Notes: generated from the sequence alone by a model not told the origin. 57,973 nt of DNA from Nemertoderma westbladi (GCA_032718475.1 JAUCBJ010007984.1:1-57973); one strand, 5' to 3'; positions 35,071 through 48,742 are shown, counted from the first letter of the stretch. Translations and numbers: made by a program.

Positions 35071-35244
35071 TTTTACAGTTTTGTAAGGTTGTGATGTGTA
35101 TATTACTCTCTCCGAGTATTTATTACTCTCTATCCCAGACAGTAAGCAAACATCAAAACTGTTAGTTTGTAATCCCCGTCAGCTGAACTTTGGTAAGTTT
35201 CAAAATCATGAGAAACATTTCTTCACACCTTGGATCTCAAGTCT

Positions 35245-35412
35245 CGAGTTCGCAGGACATTGCTTACGCAGGTGAGGACCAGCAGCCTATGCATAATCTT
35301 CTGCTTATGGCAGCCCCATGGAGAAAATAAGCATAGTGACTTTGTTGAGACGCATCTTAAAGGACACTGGACTTGAAGATGCGGATAATCTCGCGAAAGA
35401 CATGGGGGATAG
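35245..35412 (+). mobile_element. RTE family 2, degenerate 3' fragment
   Basis: GCAGGACATTGC...TGAGACGCATCTTAAAGGACACTGG shared with 33198-33360. Confidence 0.8.
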
Positions 35413-37229
35413 ATATGGGATATACGTATTGAATTGACATTGAATTGACATTGAATTTGTTATTGTTTAAATTTCCCGGAAAAGTTAAAAAGTTAAATTT
35501 ATAAATGACCACCGTTAGTTTGTTTCAGTTTGGTGTCAATGAAATTACGGTATCTAACCAATGCGCTATAACATATCCTATCGGATTTTGCCGTCCATTT
35601 TGGAGAGGGTGATTATTGTGAGACGCCGGTCGTGTAAATTAATTAATGCCCGGATACATAAGCTCATTAGTTGCTATAACTAACTTACTTACCGTTGCTG
35701 CAAATACCCACTTAGGCCTGCTATATTCTTACGGCCTAGAAATTGATAAGGTAAGAGTGGCTTCTGTTCTATATTCTCACTCTATGTCGCCGTGCACATC
35801 GCGGAAAAGAGGCAATTATTTGCTTCCCGTAATTAAATAGCAAATTCGTCATTAGGTATAGATATTTCGTTGAATTCATCGCTTATTGCGGTTTAATTAC
35901 GTCCGTTTTAACAATTGAGTTAAATAAAAGCATTGTAGAGGTAGGGATTGAACAATGAATACATAATATATATTTTTTTAGAGAGAATCGAGTCCAGAAA
36001 GGACATTTATTATTATAGTTTAAAATTCTTATATAGTTTAAAATATAAAACATTTTTTATCCTATCATGTGACGAATTTAAGGGAGATTTCAAATCTGCA
36101 AGAAGTTTTCTCATATCTTTTCCAAAACCCAAGTTAATAGCAAAAACGAAAGAGCTAGTCTAATTTTTGACAAACCTTCGAGCAGCATGATATTTTACAA
36201 TTGAATAAGGCCATTTTCATCAAAAAGGCTCTTATGGTACAGATATGAATGAAATTGCTAAACAGTTGTTTTATTAGTTATATGTTTATTAAGCATGACA
36301 AATTTCGTTGAATTTCATTCATTTTTGACAAAGTTATTGTAGAACAAAAAAATGGTATTATTTAAAATAGCGTGAAGGTTTTAATTATTCCATAAACTTT
36401 AAATACCTTTATCTCAGAATGATGTTTTTAAGAATAAGGCTATTTCTCCGCTAATTTGAACTGAAATGAGTTGAAATTTGGAACACTCGTTTAGAATACC
36501 CTTGACCATAATTCGGCACGGACAAATTTGGCTGAAAATGCCGTGGAGGCTTTTTTCATCAAAAAGGCCCAAAAAATTCATTTCATTTCAAATTTCGGTC
36601 AGAAAGTATTAGTTGTTCTGTATTAGTTGCACAGGCCCACTGACATTGTGGAGTTTCGTTGGCAGTGCTCAAGGTGATAGAGCACAGCGTGTTCCCCACA
36701 AAGAAAAGGAGCAGATATACAGTCTGTAGCCGGGTTATGGAAGCGACTCTTTTTACAGATTATATGGTAAAACACCTGTGAAAGGAGACCGCGTAATAAC
36801 ATGGCAATTTGCTATGCGAGCCTCCATCCATTTTATAGATTTGAAGGTCGGTGCTCCACAGAACTCTACCGGAATAGCCGTAACCTTCGCCGCAATGTCG
36901 TCTCTATATTTAGTAAGCGCGTCAATATCAGGTAGCTGTCGTTCAGACACTGCATACGGCCTCCACTTCGGTTTTCTCGTCACACATTGCAGAAACGAGC
37001 CTGTTTAAAAAAGTTTCATGAATATGAATTCCGAGGATTTTCCTTAAAAATATCAAATGCAACTTTAATCTTATCCAATGAGTATGGAATTGATTTTGAT
37101 AAATAATAATATATAAATAATATATAAATATATAGATAAATAATAAATAAATTTTGATTGTCCCTACACATTTTAAAACGTCAACCATGTCAGCAATTTA
37201 AAGGATAAATAAAAGGGGACTAAAGAATC

Positions 37230-37640
37230 TCCTTGGAGTACCACCTTAAGTTGACGAGTTGGTGCTGTCTTTCTGACTCCATCATACATTTCGATAAAGT
37301 TGACACTCGAAGCACTTCTATAAATCGGAAAAGCCGTCCTTTGAGACCAAATGCTGATTATAACTGCTACCTTAGTATATTGCTGCGTGGCACAGAGTCA
37401 AAAGCTTTACGGAAATCCACAAAGCATACAAGGGCTTTCTTTTTCCTTTAAATCAGGCACTGATGTCGTTAAGTAACTGGGAGATAGGTTGGGAAGTCGA
37501 GCGACCCAATAGGAACCCAAATTGTTCTGGGGGGATCATGTGATGTAGGTATTTGAGTAAGCGTCTGGCTACGAGGGCAGTTAGTACCTTGTAGGCCTTG
37601 TGTAAAAGGGCTATACCCCGGTAGTTATCTGACTCATTTC
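37230..37640 (-). pseudogene. Non-LTR reverse transcriptase fragment (third family)
   Basis: DNYRGIALLHKAYKVLT...EQFGFLLGRST, then after a break ALVCFVDFRKAFDSV. Confidence 0.85.
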
Positions 37641-37769
37641 TCCCCCCCACCCCCCCCCCCCCCCCATATTACAACGTATTACAAAGACTTGTTTTCCAGA
37701 CTCCGAGTTCGTACCCGACTCCGAGTTCGTACTGGTTCGAACGGGTCGCCGACTAAATAGATTCGAGTT

Positions 37770-38515
37770 CCTACTGCTACTACGTTCGGCATGCTACATT
37801 GCAGCTGCAGTATATATATTACATATATATTAAGAATGCTGTGCCGGCTTGTCGCCAAAATTGCGCCTCCACAACTCCCAATCAACCCCATGACATTTGC
37901 TAGATCATCCGCATCTTCAAGGCCAGTGTCCTTTAGGATGCGTCTCAAGAAAGTAATGGACTGTCCACCATGCTTATTCGCTCCATGAGGGTGCCAAAGC
38001 ACAAGGTTATGCACTGGCTGCTGGTCCTCACGGCGAAAGCAATGTCCTGCAAAGCGGAGGCGGTTCCGTTCAAGTGTCAGGCTAGGGGAGATTAATGGAA
38101 AACCTCCAATGTTGTATAGAGTCTGATTGGAGATGTGTTCATTGTACTTGACACAATGAACCCGCCGCAGCATTCTTGTGAAAGTCACATCCAGAGATTT
38201 GGTATCCTCTAAAGTTAGAGCCCAGCATGGACTCCCATATAAGAGTACTGGTACTACTGCTGCCTTAAATAATCGAACCTTAAGGTTCCGTTTTATTCAA
38301 TGAGACTTCCATATCCTGGACAGACTATTTAACCCTGCCCATGCCTTCCCCTTACGTATCCGAAGGCCTTCACCTGACTTTCTGGTCCATGATCCCAAGT
38401 AGCAGAAGTCTTCTACGTGCCAAGCAAGCCGTCTTTAGAGCTTATGCCCTTACGATCAGACTTTTCTTGAGGGATGTCTAGATTGACTATCATGATTTTG
38501 GTATTCTTGAAATTT
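37770..38515 (-). mobile_element. RTE family 2, 5'-truncated copy
   Basis: TFTRMLRRVHCVKYNEHISNQTL...RLRFAGHCFRREDQ; same 3' UTR and tail as the 31322 copy. Confidence 0.92.
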
Positions 38516-39254
38516 ATGAGTTTCTCGAGTTCCAAGTGGATCGATTAGATCTGATATAGACCTCTATGGTTCCCAATATTCTATTGATTTTTTTGTTGAC
38601 ATTTATTTTCAAGGAGTTGGCGATTGAATCTACATACTAACCACATCTAAAGAACTACGTAAATCAATTCGAATCCAAAGCACAAATCGTAAGATTCAGT
38701 TGCTGCACAACCCTTGCATTTAAGAGGATGTCATTGAGCAAAAATATAATATTATACCTCAGGCATGCAGATGGGACCCGTTCATTGAAGCGCAGCCGTG
38801 TAAAACATTGAATTAGATGCGGATATTGCTAATCGATGAATTTTGATCTGTTTTGATCTGAATCAGCCGCCTCAGCAGACTGCGGAATCCACTCCCAACG
38901 AAACTATGAAACAATGCAGGGACTTGTAATATGGTTGCTCCTGTTATGGAGCATGGCGGCATACCATATCCTAGTGATATAGTAGTACAAATACCGGACC
39001 GGTTTTCGGCACCGGGTTTCGAAATAATTATGGAAGAGAGCTTCTCCTTGGGGTGAGAATTCCCCATGCAAAAGTGGAGCCGGTGCTGCTCTAAGGCAGA
39101 CCTTGGTCGTTCATTACTGCTTGGGGTAAACTTCACAAGCACGACAAAAAAATAATGAAAGGAACCAAAACAATAAACGAGAGTTGGATATTGTATTAAA
39201 ATATATATTTAAATGTCATATGTCAGGCATTATTGGTAATAAATATTTGCTTGC

Positions 39255-39885
39255 CTTGACTTGACTTGACTAAACTCCATGCTCTAGCAAGCAAAGCCGC
39301 CTAATAAAAATACTATTGTAACCTGTCTGCAACCAGCCCCGCCTCTGGCTACTCGATGGAGGTCCCACAAATCCAAATAAAAAAAACAATTTATACATCA
39401 AGGATATAATGTAACCTTACTTAAACTACAACAAACTCATTACAGTTTTCTAGTCTAGTAGTACAGAAATGTAATATAATATTTAGAACCTGTATATCCT
39501 TATATAAGGCTGAAAGAAATTAGAATGTTCCTATAGATAAGGTCGCCTATCGCCTTAATTTCCGTCTATGCAATGCAAAACTAAGTAGTTGTTTTTGACG
39601 CAATATGCAAATCTTAATCTAACGCCCCTTTGTTCTTTGATTGCCCCGACCCGAATGATTCATTTGGGGTTCAGATTTAACGGCTTGGCCACGATAGAAC
39701 TCCATCCGTATACGGAGCTGCTGCCTGCAGTATGTACGCAAAATCGTTAATTATACGACTTTTTGTAGATTTAGAAGAGAGCGACACCAACACGCAACCG
39801 TACTTAATTTCTCACCTCTGTCGGAATAAGTGACATGCGAATATATGAGAATCCTCCCAAGTAATCAGAGAATTCATTTAGACTG
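39255..39885 (-). repeat. Unclassified ~650-bp dispersed repeat, copy 1, ending in (AGTCA)n on the minus strand
   Basis: Near-identical to 48047-48742; TTGACTTGACTTGACT at the left edge. Confidence 0.85.
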
Positions 39886-40121
39886 ACTAATACATTAAGT
39901 GTAGGGGAAATACATATAGAACTTCCATATATCCTTTTCGGCTACCTAACTAGTAAAGTGAAGCCAATGTAAAATAAGCAATTTGTGAAAATGAAGATAT
40001 TTTATTGTGTACTATACGGAAGCCCACAACTGTCAAGGACAAAACATTAATAAAACTTGGACACAATTAATTTAATTTCATAGAAAGCCATAGAAAACAT
40101 GCCATTTCAAAATTAATGGTG

Positions 40122-40210
40122 GCATTTTGCCCATAGGGCATTTCGCCCTGAGGGCATTTCGCCCTGAGGGCATTTTTGCCCTGAGGGTATTTCGCCCTGA
40201 GGGCATTTTG
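40122..40210. repeat. 17-18-bp palindromic tandem repeat (TTTCGCCCTGAGGGCA)n, five units
   Basis: Directly visible; similar in design to the subterminal repeats of the 15681 MITE. Confidence 0.8.
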
Positions 40211-43016
40211 GGGCCGGGTTTGTGGATAAAGAGGGTCGGTAACCTTGCTGTTTCCTGATATACCCCCCCCCCCCCCCCCCCATTGATAGTACACCCCCAA
40301 AATTTCCACTTAACCACCCCCCCCCCCCCCCCCCCCCCCCACGTATATAATTTTATTATTAGCTCCTTTCATTCAATTGGTAACAACATTGTCTAAATTT
40401 TTGGTTAGAAAAGGATATCTCTGTAACCTACCCTTATCCCTCAATGGGGTCAATATAATAGACAGGGTACCAAACCAATAGAGTCACACAAGAAATAAAA
40501 CAAATAAATTGATGCCAGTTCCCAAGAAGGACAACCTAACACTGGGTCTTTTCGCGCAATGTCGTTAAATTCGATTGCCGCAAAGTTATACAATATCATT
40601 GATTGGGCTGCCCAGGATTTATAAGTCACATAGAATACGTAGAAACTTATTTACTGAGACAGACTAATTATCTACCACCTTTGGATGGCACACACACAAG
40701 AATGCTACGTCGGGTCCACTGTGTCAATAAGGGTTTATTAATAATGGTTTATTTGTTAAATAGAATAAAATAACCTCGCGCAGATGTTACTTTAGAAAGC
40801 TCATATCTCAGCTATTTTACAACGAAATTCAGATTGTGATACATATTTGGAATCCTTGCATGGCCATCTTTCTAACTGTACCTATAAATCAGTATAAGAT
40901 TGAAGAATAACTGCTGTGTAACTTGTGCAATATCGACTGAGAAACCTTTTTCAAACGCTTGTAGCTAAAGAACGAAAGCAAAAATAAAAATTCTGGCTCA
41001 CCCACGGAGGAGGAGGGAGGTGAAACCAATTTACACGTATACACAATAACACATCATGTGCTCTTAATTATATTCATTGTTACTAATAATTATAATTATC
41101 ACTTATCCGTGATCACTTCTCTATAAATGTTATAGGAAATACAATTCGTTATGTTTGACAGTTCGATCGTATCAACCCTTGGAGTTTGGCAGCATGGTAG
41201 GTGATTACAATAACGGTTGCCTTGGTCGATATTATTCCCCACTAACTAATTTGCAAATGTTGTCAATCTGTTCAAAGTTGTTGTCACTTTTCGAGTTTAA
41301 TCAATCATCACGTTTTGATGCAAGTCACATAAATATGGCCGTCTAGCAATTTCTGCCATTACGAGGTAGCAATATATTTCACCCTGTCAAATTTGAGGGA
41401 CATTGTTAAAATAAAGTTGAAATTTGTTAAACATGTTATGCACACAAGACTGTTTCATCAACAAAAGCTTTAAAGGACTATCGGCGAAAAGTCGTTTATG
41501 GAAGACCTTTTCTGCAGTATGTACAACCCACAATGTTTAACACGGTAACTATTAACGCTTAAATGGGTAAAATTTACCAACCAGGGATATAAATGTGGTG
41601 CGGCTTTAACAAGTTCATTTTGGAAAGGAATGTGGTGTCTCTGTAGCAACAAAGTGCTATATTGTGAACGATGTAGTTTGTATTTTTAAAGATTCTGTGG
41701 ATTTAACGCAGAAAACCTTTGTATTTCACGCTTTCGTGACTAATTCCAACTATAATATTAACACGTTAATGTTGTTTTTACATTTAATTTTAAGTTGTTT
41801 TAAGTTATATATATTGTTTGCTGCAATTTTAATTTCAATTGATCGACCTTTTATTGAATACTAGCCACCGCACCGGGGCGTACAGGAGAAATAATAATAA
41901 TGATATCACATACTAACTTGTGTCACTCACACACAGATGTATACATACACCCAACGAGAGAGCTTTACAAATATTTTTTGACGCACACAGGCACGCAAAT
42001 GGGTGTCACTTATAAGCTTTCCCTTTCATACATACCGTACCACTATGGGTGCATCTAAATCTACGTCTATAGGTGCAAATAAGGTGTTACTAATTCACAA
42101 TTACATACTTTACATCATTCATCCATTCATAGACGACCATAACTGTATTAAATAGAATTCTAATTATTCAGTATCAAGCAGCGCTCACATGAATGCTTGG
42201 TGAATTACAGCCATATATGGATAATTATAATTTATTATTGGTGTTATGGGTGAATAATGAAAAGGTGTTTTGTAGAAAAGTTATATTATATGGGTATATG
42301 TGGGACGAGGGATTGTGGAGATTGGGATTAACAGGAAATGTACACCTTACTATATTATTTAAATCTCGACATATTTAATCAGTAACCTACCGGATATTAA
42401 CTCAATTCATTAATTGTCTTTTCTCCAGGAAAACGTACAAGTCCCTAAGAAGATGTTCAATGCTAAGGCACTGCAATACTGATATCCACTGCTATTGTAT
42501 CTGATGTTTTTACTATTCTTCAGCAGAAAGGCGTGAATAAACATTATTCTGGTAGATCCAACCCTTTTATTGATTAATTAATAATGGTATGTTTAATACA
42601 CCAACAAAATTATGATTATTAACTACTGTACCACCGATGTTTGTTGGAAACTATTACGCAGTAATTGGTAATGGACTACTTCCGATGGGTCCGTCGCAAA
42701 CTTTTCGCATTGAAGGTATCAATGTTTCAATTGATTTATACTATAATCCGTTTGCTTTTTTTTTACATCCAATTTGATGTAGAACATAGAATATATATTT
42801 GTTTTAACAACAAGATAGGCCTACACCCCAACCGGGGTAAAAGGGATATTGTTTGTATTGGGGGTATTGGTTGATATTGTTTAAAGTAATAAATAGTCTA
42901 GTAAAATGTGCACGAAAATAATAACAAAAAAACTAAGTCGTAGGTATTACAAAATCCAATATTTTCAACCCCGATATCTTCGAAGAATATACAACTTATC
43001 GCCAAAGCCGCAATGA

Positions 43017-43148
43017 AAGAATGATCTAGCAAATGTCATACGGGTGATAGAGAGTTGTGGCGGCGCAATTTTGTCGACAAGCCGGCACAGCATTCTTAAT
43101 AATGCAGCTGCAATGCAGCATGCCGATCCTAGTAGAAGTAGCAGTAGT
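43017..43148 (+). mobile_element. RTE family 2, extreme 3' end
   Basis: ATGATCTAGCAAATGTCAT...GCAGCATGCCGAT plus degenerate (TAG)n. Confidence 0.88.
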
Positions 43149-43191
43149 TCCTTAGAGTTAAAAGCTTTACGAAAACTGGGCTGTTTCTATT

Positions 43192-43250
43192 CTGGGAATC
43201 GACCTCACGACCCTCAGATTGGAAGACCGATGCTCTAACCACCTGGACAA
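43192..43250 (-). pseudogene. tRNA-derived (Gly-TCC-like) SINE head fragment
   Basis: Minus strand GTCCAGGTGGTTAGAGCATCGGTCTTCCAATCTGAGGGTCGTGAGGTCGATTCCCA. Confidence 0.6.
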
Positions 43251-43264
43251 TCTGAACATCTATC

Positions 43265-43790
43265 TACAAAGGCACGGGTCAATCAAAAAATAAATACCAT
43301 TTGGACATCAGAAGTCATCTGATTTAAGGTGAAGTGAACGGTGACTTCATGAGTCACCCTTACTTGAAGACCATGTTCTTTCGAGCCACAGTTGAAAATT
43401 TAATTGTATACGGTGGTGAGACCTGGACACTGACTAAATCACTTGAACAACGAATTGATGGTTGTTACACAAGACAACTAGGGGCAGCCATAAATATGAC
43501 ATGACAAACACCGAGCTTTATGGTACAACAACCTGAATCAACCACTCTCCATGAACGCAGATTACGATTCAGTGGGCACTGCTGGAGAAGTAAAAACGAA
43601 AGCATACCTGAGTTTCCGGCAACCAACACAAGGAAGCCACAGCCGTGTACGACCGAATATAGACCAAATTGAAATGAAAGGGATACTGGACTTTGGAGAA
43701 ATGAAAATGCAACAACTATGGATAATCGGGAACCTGGAAGGATCTCATTTCCACTATCCGAGTTCGCTCGAACTAGTAGTAGTAGTAGCA
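43265..43790 (+). mobile_element. RTE family 1, degenerate 3' fragment with (TAG)n tail
   Basis: TTCTTTCGAGCCACAGT...GAGACCTGGACAC...CCGAGTTCGCTCGA shared with 26270-26700. Confidence 0.9.
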
Positions 43791-45578
43791 TCATAGGCAA
43801 CTTTGTGGACCCATGCGCAGCATCCTAGTATATTGTCCATCCAGATTCCTGGTGTCTTCAGTAGTTAGAGCCCACCATGTGCTGCCATAGAGCAGTACCG
43901 GCTCAACAATGCTTCACGGAAAAAGCGTACCTTCAAAGTGACTGATATATCACAGCTTGTCCAGGCTCTGGATAGCACTTCTTGATGGGGATATATTCAC
44001 CAGAAATCTGAACCCATGAGCCAAGATAGCAGACGTCATTCACATGACTTACCAGTCCATAAAACGATTCAATGTTATCAGGATCAATTTTGGTTTTAGT
44101 GCTATTCACAAAAATGCCAACACAGGATGCAACCTGCTTGCAATATGTTTCACTAGTAGTCTACGACTTCACCTACAATTTCACCTACAGGTTTTAATCT
44201 CACATCCAGGGAAATTATGAATATTCAAGGATTTCCCAAAACATAGTCAAAATTAATTATGAGGAGAAATGGGGCTAGTATGTCCCATCTATGAAATAGA
44301 TGGCAGACTTTCAAATAAGTCAGTGTCTCCATTTGAAGTGGTCCCTGTAACGATTCATGACAGCTCCTTTGAATGGCTTTGCTGAGATTGAGATTGGACT
44401 AGTCCATTGATAAAATCCAAAGTAAGACTTACCTTTCTTCGGGCTGGAAGTATCCTATTTGTTTTCAATTCTTATGTGCATAGAGTATAGAGCATAGAGC
44501 AGATGAAAATTTTAGTTGTCCCACAGTAGAGAACTTAATTAATGAACTGTCAGACTGAGTGAGATTGTATAAACAAATTTTTTAAATAACATTAAAATAT
44601 ATGTACTATAATGAAAGTTTAACAAATTTCACAGGACCACTTTGACATGTTCCTCTGACTTACCAAAGCAATGGCACTAAACGGAAATATGGCAATAGCG
44701 ATAAATACGAGTATACAGCCCATGGTAAAGACGTTCGTGAACAATTAACAAATATGATTTTTATTAACAATTCCCAACTTTCTAAACCAACATTGAAGCA
44801 ATCAACTTCCTAAAAAGTTATACAATGCCTTATACAAAGAATTCCCAACATCTCAGCCAATGGCATACCAAGAATAAATGTGATTGGTTGAAGCAACACT
44901 AAAATACCTAATATTGACGGCACATTACGTTGCAAGTTTAAAGGTAAGCGGAGCTCCGGTTGTCTTTCCGCCCATTAGTCATTTTGGACGATATCCGCAC
45001 CCCCGTAGTATTCGATTCACTGAGCCAGTATACATTTCTGGACTACAGGAACCCGCCCACACCAATGCGTGACGATAGTATTATCTGATCAGTTCTCTGT
45101 GAGCCGGAACACCCCTAGCTGACTACTCCGCCGCCGTCCGCCCATCCTTAAAGTTTATAATATTCTTACAACTCACGGTAAACTGATGATATAATACCGT
45201 AAAGAGTTGGTTCAGGTTTCAAAAAAATAATGATGTAAAGGGGGATAAAGTTTAAAGTTTGTAGAATAATAATTAACGCGGGTGATTTGTTTGTATAAAG
45301 TTGTCGGTAAATAACCGTTTTTAAGTGCTAGCATTCCCCAGGGTATATCTATCTAGCTATAATATATATATAAGAAGGTTTACGGTCAAGCCATTATGGT
45401 TATTAATATTTATAAACTGGAAAGATGATACCCTTTTATGGAAATCATGTTTCTTTATTCGCTGATATATCCTATATTATACCTTTCAGTGGACTTGAAT
45501 AATGCTCTGAAACTGCAAAAATTTAGTATTTAGAATGTGCCTGGGGAACGAACCTACAGAAACATTTCTAACATGAGA

Positions 45579-45900
45579 CCTCATGATAGCTAACACGAGT
45601 TCTCGCGTAAGCTAGCCCTAATGATAGCTAACACGAGTTCTCGCGTAAGCTAGCCCTCATGATAGACAACACGAGTTCTCGCGTAAGCTAGCCCTCATGA
45701 TATATAACACGAGGTCTCGCGTAAGCTAGCCCTCATGATAGCTAACACGAGGTCTCGCGTAAGCTAGCCCCCATGATAGACAACACGAGTTCTCGCGTAA
45801 GCTAGCCCTCATGATATATAACACGAGGTCTCGCGTAAGCTAGCCCTCATGATAGCTAACACGAGGTCTCGCGTAAGCTAGCCCTCATGATAGCTAACAT
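45579..45900. repeat. 38-bp minisatellite, 8 full units plus a partial
   Basis: CCTCATGATAGCTAACACGAG(T/G)TCTCGCGTAAGCTAGC head-to-tail with no spacers. Confidence 0.95.
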
Positions 45901-46211
45901 GTCCCTCATGTTAATAAAACAAATTTTAAGTTGTTTGATTGATTGTAACCTAGGAACAGATATTGGAAGGAAAGTTACAATTGTAGCTCAGTAGTTTTTA
46001 CTTTCCTGTTCAGTATGTTGTACTTGTACATTACGCATTTCTTCTAACGGCTGTCGGTACTCTACTGATCAGCACTTGTAAATATGAATAACGAACTTGA
46101 AAGATTCATGAGACGATGAGAGAACAAAGCTTCGAAGAGTTCATCCTGAACTGACAATTCTGATTCTTAACTGACAATAAAGCCCAGAAGTTAGTACTGA
46201 ATCACGTTGAA

Positions 46212-46320
46212 CTGGAAAGTCTCGGCAAAGGTATTCTGTAGGCGGATAGATGATCGTATAGGCTGGAAATGTCTCGGCAAAGGTATTCTGTAGGCGGATA
46301 GATGATCGTATAGGCTGGAA
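46212..46320. repeat. ~51-bp tandem duplication
   Basis: GTCTCGGCAAAGGTATTCTGTAGGCGGATAGATGATCGTATAGGCTGGAAAT occurs twice. Confidence 0.9.
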
Positions 46321-46799
46321 ATAGTTAAAGGTTCAAGCGAATCAGGGATCGGGTCTCCCTAAAACATTGTCCGGACCCAGATCGCGGAAATCCTTGTGCT
46401 CTGCCCCAGAGTGGGAGAAAATCACCCAAAAAGTCGGTCTATAAAAGAGACCAAAAGAGGTAGAAAAAATGTAGTCCCTGAGAAAACAGGATGTGAACGT
46501 GAAAGGTAATACATCTATGCTATCTTGCCCGAGGTTGGGGTTACGTTGCAGCTAGTTAGAGAGCTAAGATGCTAATTGGACTGACTGCCAATACGATGAT
46601 CGCCCACACTAAAAATTATATAATTTTTTTTGTTATATACAGTAACATTTAATAAATTCGCGCGCGATTCACATCATACTAAAATACTGCGTGCAGTAGA
46701 GCGAGTGAACTCATGGTTAATATACACTACCCTTTCATTATAGCGCCTCAGCGAGTGGTTAAAGACGGCCAAGTACTGTAGGGTTGAGAACAGTGGCGG

Positions 46800-47018
46800 C
46801 ATATGATGGTATTGACATGGGAGGCCATGAGGAGCTAAATTGCGGACATACAGTACGAGGTATCAGATAGTATTTACAGGTCTATATTTTACCTGAGCCG
46901 CTAACTGAATGGTTAAAGCGTCAGACTTCCAACCCGGAGGTCACCGTCAGATCAGTTCGATCCCACCTGGACGTCATTGCCGCCTTAGTAAAAAGCTGTG
47001 CCCAACAAAAAGTTATAA
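46800..47018 (+). repeat. Dispersed repeat with an internal tRNA-like segment, copy 1 (copy 2 at ~50700-50900)
   Basis: ATGGTATTGACA...GAGCCGCTA(A/G)CTGAATGGTTA(A/G)AGCG...TCGATCCCACCTGGACGTCATTGCCG...TGTGCCCAACAAAAAGTTATAA at both loci. Confidence 0.8.
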
Positions 47019-47139
47019 TAATATGAAACCACTCATTCACCCAAAACATCAATAATGAACTAGGTGACGCCATATAGCTGCGTGACGCGAGTCGTTTACG
47101 AATTAGTGGTAACGCAGCTAGATGCACATGCAACTAGGT

Positions 47140-47505
47140 GCCGCAGCAGCATGTGCAGCTAATATTGAGAGCAATAGCTTAAATACTATATATACTGCAA
47201 TGCAGCTGCATTATACAGTATGCTGCGTATATATTACAAATGCTGTATCTGCTTGTGGTCAAAATTGCGCCACATCCTTATCACCCATTGTACTGGGAGT
47301 GTGTGTACGTTGTTCTCGAAAATAGTGAACCCACATAGCAATCTATTGTATGTACCATCCCGATATTTTCAGATACCCAGATCACGTACAGCCCATTATG
47401 GACTCCCATATAAGAGTAGGCCTACTGGTTCTACTACTGCTCGAAATAAATCGACCCTCAATTGTCATGTATTTTATGTGACTTCCAAATCCCTGACAGC
47501 CCATT
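47140..47505 (-). mobile_element. RTE family 2, heavily decayed fragments
   Basis: TGCAGCTGCATTAT, AAAATTGCGCC and GGACTCCCATATAAGAGTA shared with 37800-38330. Confidence 0.65.
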
Positions 47506-48046
47506 CAATGCACAACAGAGAGATACAGTGTAGTTATAGTTATTACATTACTAGTGTAAGTCATTGCACAGGGTTTGGAAGTCGCATAGAATATTTCGGA
47601 AACTTAAGGATCGATAAGCCGACATAGCATTCTTAATAAACGCCGCCTTACAGCATGCCAATTGTTGATTCGGATTGCCAGATGGTAGCACAATTTTATG
47701 TTAAGCCGGCATATCATGGGTAGTTTAGTAGTAGTAGTGTACTGTAAGTAATTCACCACCGCGATCTCTTCACCTACTGTAAGATTATTCTTCCGGGAGA
47801 GGTCGGTCTGTCTGTGTCCTGTGACAATATTCTGCCGAAGATCGCTATACTAGCTCTGTGTACCCGCTACTGGCGATCTGCAACTTTTATTTCCTTGTTA
47901 TACTGTATAGTTTGTAGTGATCACTGATTACTGCAGTTATAGCACACTTTCTATGCTCTAGAGAGTACATTTATTATATTTAATAAATTTAATTATCATG
48001 TCAAGCATTGTTCGAATTAAATACTCCACAACTTTTATTGGCCCAT

Positions 48047-48742
48047 TTGACTTGACTAGCTAGACTCCATGCTCTAGCAATCCTAGACTGATCTCAAAAC
48101 TCCTCCCAATCCTCTAATTAAAAATACTATTGTAACCTGTCTGCAACCAGCCCCGCCTCTGGCTACTCGATGGAGGTCCCACAAATCCAAATAAAAAAAA
48201 CCATTTATACATCAAGGATATAATGTAACCTATTTAAACCACAACAAACTCATTACAGTTTTCTAGTCTAGTAGAACAGAAATGTAATATAATATTTAGA
48301 ACCTGTATATCCTTGTATAAGGCTGAAAGAAATTAGAATGTTCCTATAGATGAGGTCGCCTATCGTCTTAATTTCCGTCTATGCAATGCAAAACTAAGTA
48401 GTTGTTTTTGACGCAATATGCAAATCTTAATCTAACGCCCCTTTGTTCTTTGATTTGCTCCGAATGATTCATTTGGGGTGCAGATTTAACGGCTTGGCCA
48501 CGATAGAACCCCATCCGTATACGGAGCTGCTGCCTGCAGTATGTACCACGATAGAACCCCATCCGTATACGGAGCTGCTGCCTGGAGTATGTACGCAAAA
48601 TCGTTAATTATACGACTTTTTGTAGATTTAGATGTGTGCTGCACCAACACGCAACCGTACTTAATTTCTCACCTCTATCGGAATAAGTGACATGCGAATA
48701 TATGAGAATCCTCCCAAGTAATCGGAGAATTCGTTTAGAACT
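48047..48742 (-). repeat. Unclassified ~650-bp dispersed repeat, copy 2, with an internal 48-bp duplication
   Basis: Matches 39255-39885; CCACGATAGAACCCCATCCGTATACGGAGCTGCTGCCTG duplicated at ~48498-48594. Confidence 0.85.

Noticed and set aside
40263-40340. Poly(C) runs as G-quadruplex elements (also ~37640, 48865, 49110)
   Set aside because: Simple homopolymers common in such repeats and error-prone in sequencing; no other support.
45579-45900. CRISPR-like palindromic 38-bp repeats
   Set aside because: Units are head-to-tail with no unique spacers, there are no cas genes, and the context is eukaryotic.
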